A DNA stretch of 43,387 nucleotides from Deltaproteobacteria bacterium (GTDB taxonomy: Bacteria; Myxococcota_A; UBA9160; UBA4427): NCBI GenBank assembly GCA_031390075.1, contig JANMTD010000621.1, positions 1-43,387 on the forward strand, given 5' to 3'. The position numbers and the translations under genes are program-made. The first letter of the stretch is position 1, and each line of letters starts with the position of its first letter. The notes under the pieces were generated by a model. The model was not told the DNA's origin. It did not search any database and was given only the letters and a program-made list of their open reading frames with translations. Positions 42,662 through 43,387 of this stretch are shown here, one piece after another.

Positions 42662-43387
42662 GCCGGCAGGGTATGCGTTTCCGCGCCGTCCGTCTCCTGC
42701 TGGTAGCGGGCGAGGAACTCGCGGGTGAAGGCCGCGTAATCGCCGGCCAGGATCGCCGCGCGCGCGTCGCGGACCAGGCGCTGGTAGAAGCGGACGTTGT
42801 GGATCGAGCACAGGACTGCAGAGAGGACTTCGTTGGCGGCGAAGAGGTGATGGATGTACGCGCGGCTGAAGCCCCCGGTGCAGGTGTAACAATCGCAGGA
42901 GCTGTCGACGGGGAAGGTGTCGCGGCGGAAGCGGCGGTGGGTCAGGCGGATGCGGCCGCGAGAGGTGAAGGCGGTGGCGGAGCGGGCATAGCGGGTCGGG
43001 ATCACGCAATCGAACATGTCGATCCCGAAGCCGATGCAGGCGATCAGATCCTCGGGGAGGCCGACGCCCATCAAATAGCGGGGCTTGTGCTCGGGCAGCA
43101 GCGGCGCGGCATGGCGGGTCACCTGGCAGAGCAGCTCGTGACCCTCGCCGACCGACACGCCCCCGATCGCGTAGCCCGGGCAGTCCATCGCGACGAGCGA
43201 CGCCGCACACGCCTCGCGCAGCTCGGGGAAGGTCGAGCCCTGGACGATGCCGAAGAGCGCCTGGTCATGGCTCCGAGCGTGGGCCTTCATGCAGCGCTCC
43301 ATCCAGCGAAGCGTCCGCCGCACCCCCTGGCCCGCGAGCTCGCGGGTCGCCGGGTAGGGCGTGCCCTCGTCGAAGGCCCTGATGATG
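42658..43387 (-). CDS. tgt: tRNA-guanine transglycosylase (queuine tRNA-ribosyltransferase); N-terminus lies beyond the right edge
   Basis: 'LFGIVQG', 'GYAIGGVSVGE', 'KPRYLMGVG', 'GIDMFDCVIPTR' and the zinc site 'CDCYTC...YIHHL' are present. The reading frame stays open to the window end. Confidence 0.9.
   Translation of the reverse strand, partial: IIRAFDEGTPYPATRELAGQGVRRTLRWMERCMKAHARSHDQALFGIVQGSTFPELREACAASLVAMDCPGYAIGGVSVGEGHELLCQVTRHAAPLLPEHKPRYLMGVGLPEDLIACIGFGIDMFDCVIPTRYARSATAFTSRGRIRLTHRRFRRDTFPVDSSCDCYTCTGGFSRAYIHHLFAANEVLSAVLCSIHNVRFYQRLVRDARAAILAGDYAAFTREFLARYQQETDGAETHTLPA

Overview
GC-rich chromosomal segment (about two-thirds G+C by eye, strong GC3 bias in real genes). It comes from a Gram-negative bacterium, shown by pal, an LpxL-family acyltransferase and lipoprotein lipoboxes. 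A Myxococcota or delta-proteobacterium-like origin is only a guess. I can support about 40 protein genes, one TPP riboswitch, one clear intrinsic terminator and several short tandem repeats. I see no rRNA, tRNA, CRISPR array, transposase, integrase or phage genes. Layout: 1-6.9 kb holds envelope and housekeeping genes (membrane protein plus redoxin pair, pal, a TPP enzyme, a DinG helicase). 7.2-21.0 kb is one co-directional, partly translationally coupled lipid operon: FabI/L-like enoyl reductase, FabH-like KAS III, FabA, FabG, FabZ, KAS I/II, a dedicated ACP, a PlsC-like acyltransferase, a PPTase, a roughly 1,875-aa single-chain biotin carboxylase (BC-BCCP-long central region-CT) and an LpxL-family acyltransferase. 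21.0-23.6 kb carries split FO synthase cofG/cofH. 23.6-25.5 kb carries dnaA on the minus strand, with an unusual insertion and no dnaN neighbour. 25.5-28.0 kb has two large lower-GC non-coding regions with repeat arrays, around a LON-domain gene, a DUF45 metallopeptidase and a small acidic protein. 28.0-30.5 kb is a TPP-riboswitch-controlled thiC plus membrane-protein operon. 30.5-43.4 kb holds mixed housekeeping genes (MORN protein, lipoprotein, NUDIX, ferredoxin plus CbiX(S), CinA-like, aroC, GAF histidine kinase, membrane-anchored SDR, EVE protein, rnhA, ychF, DsbA-like lipoprotein, tgt). The best candidate for a novel system is the self-contained FAS-II-like operon that ends in two lipid acyltransferases. 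Many long ORFs in the six-frame track are off-frame or antisense artefacts of the high GC content.
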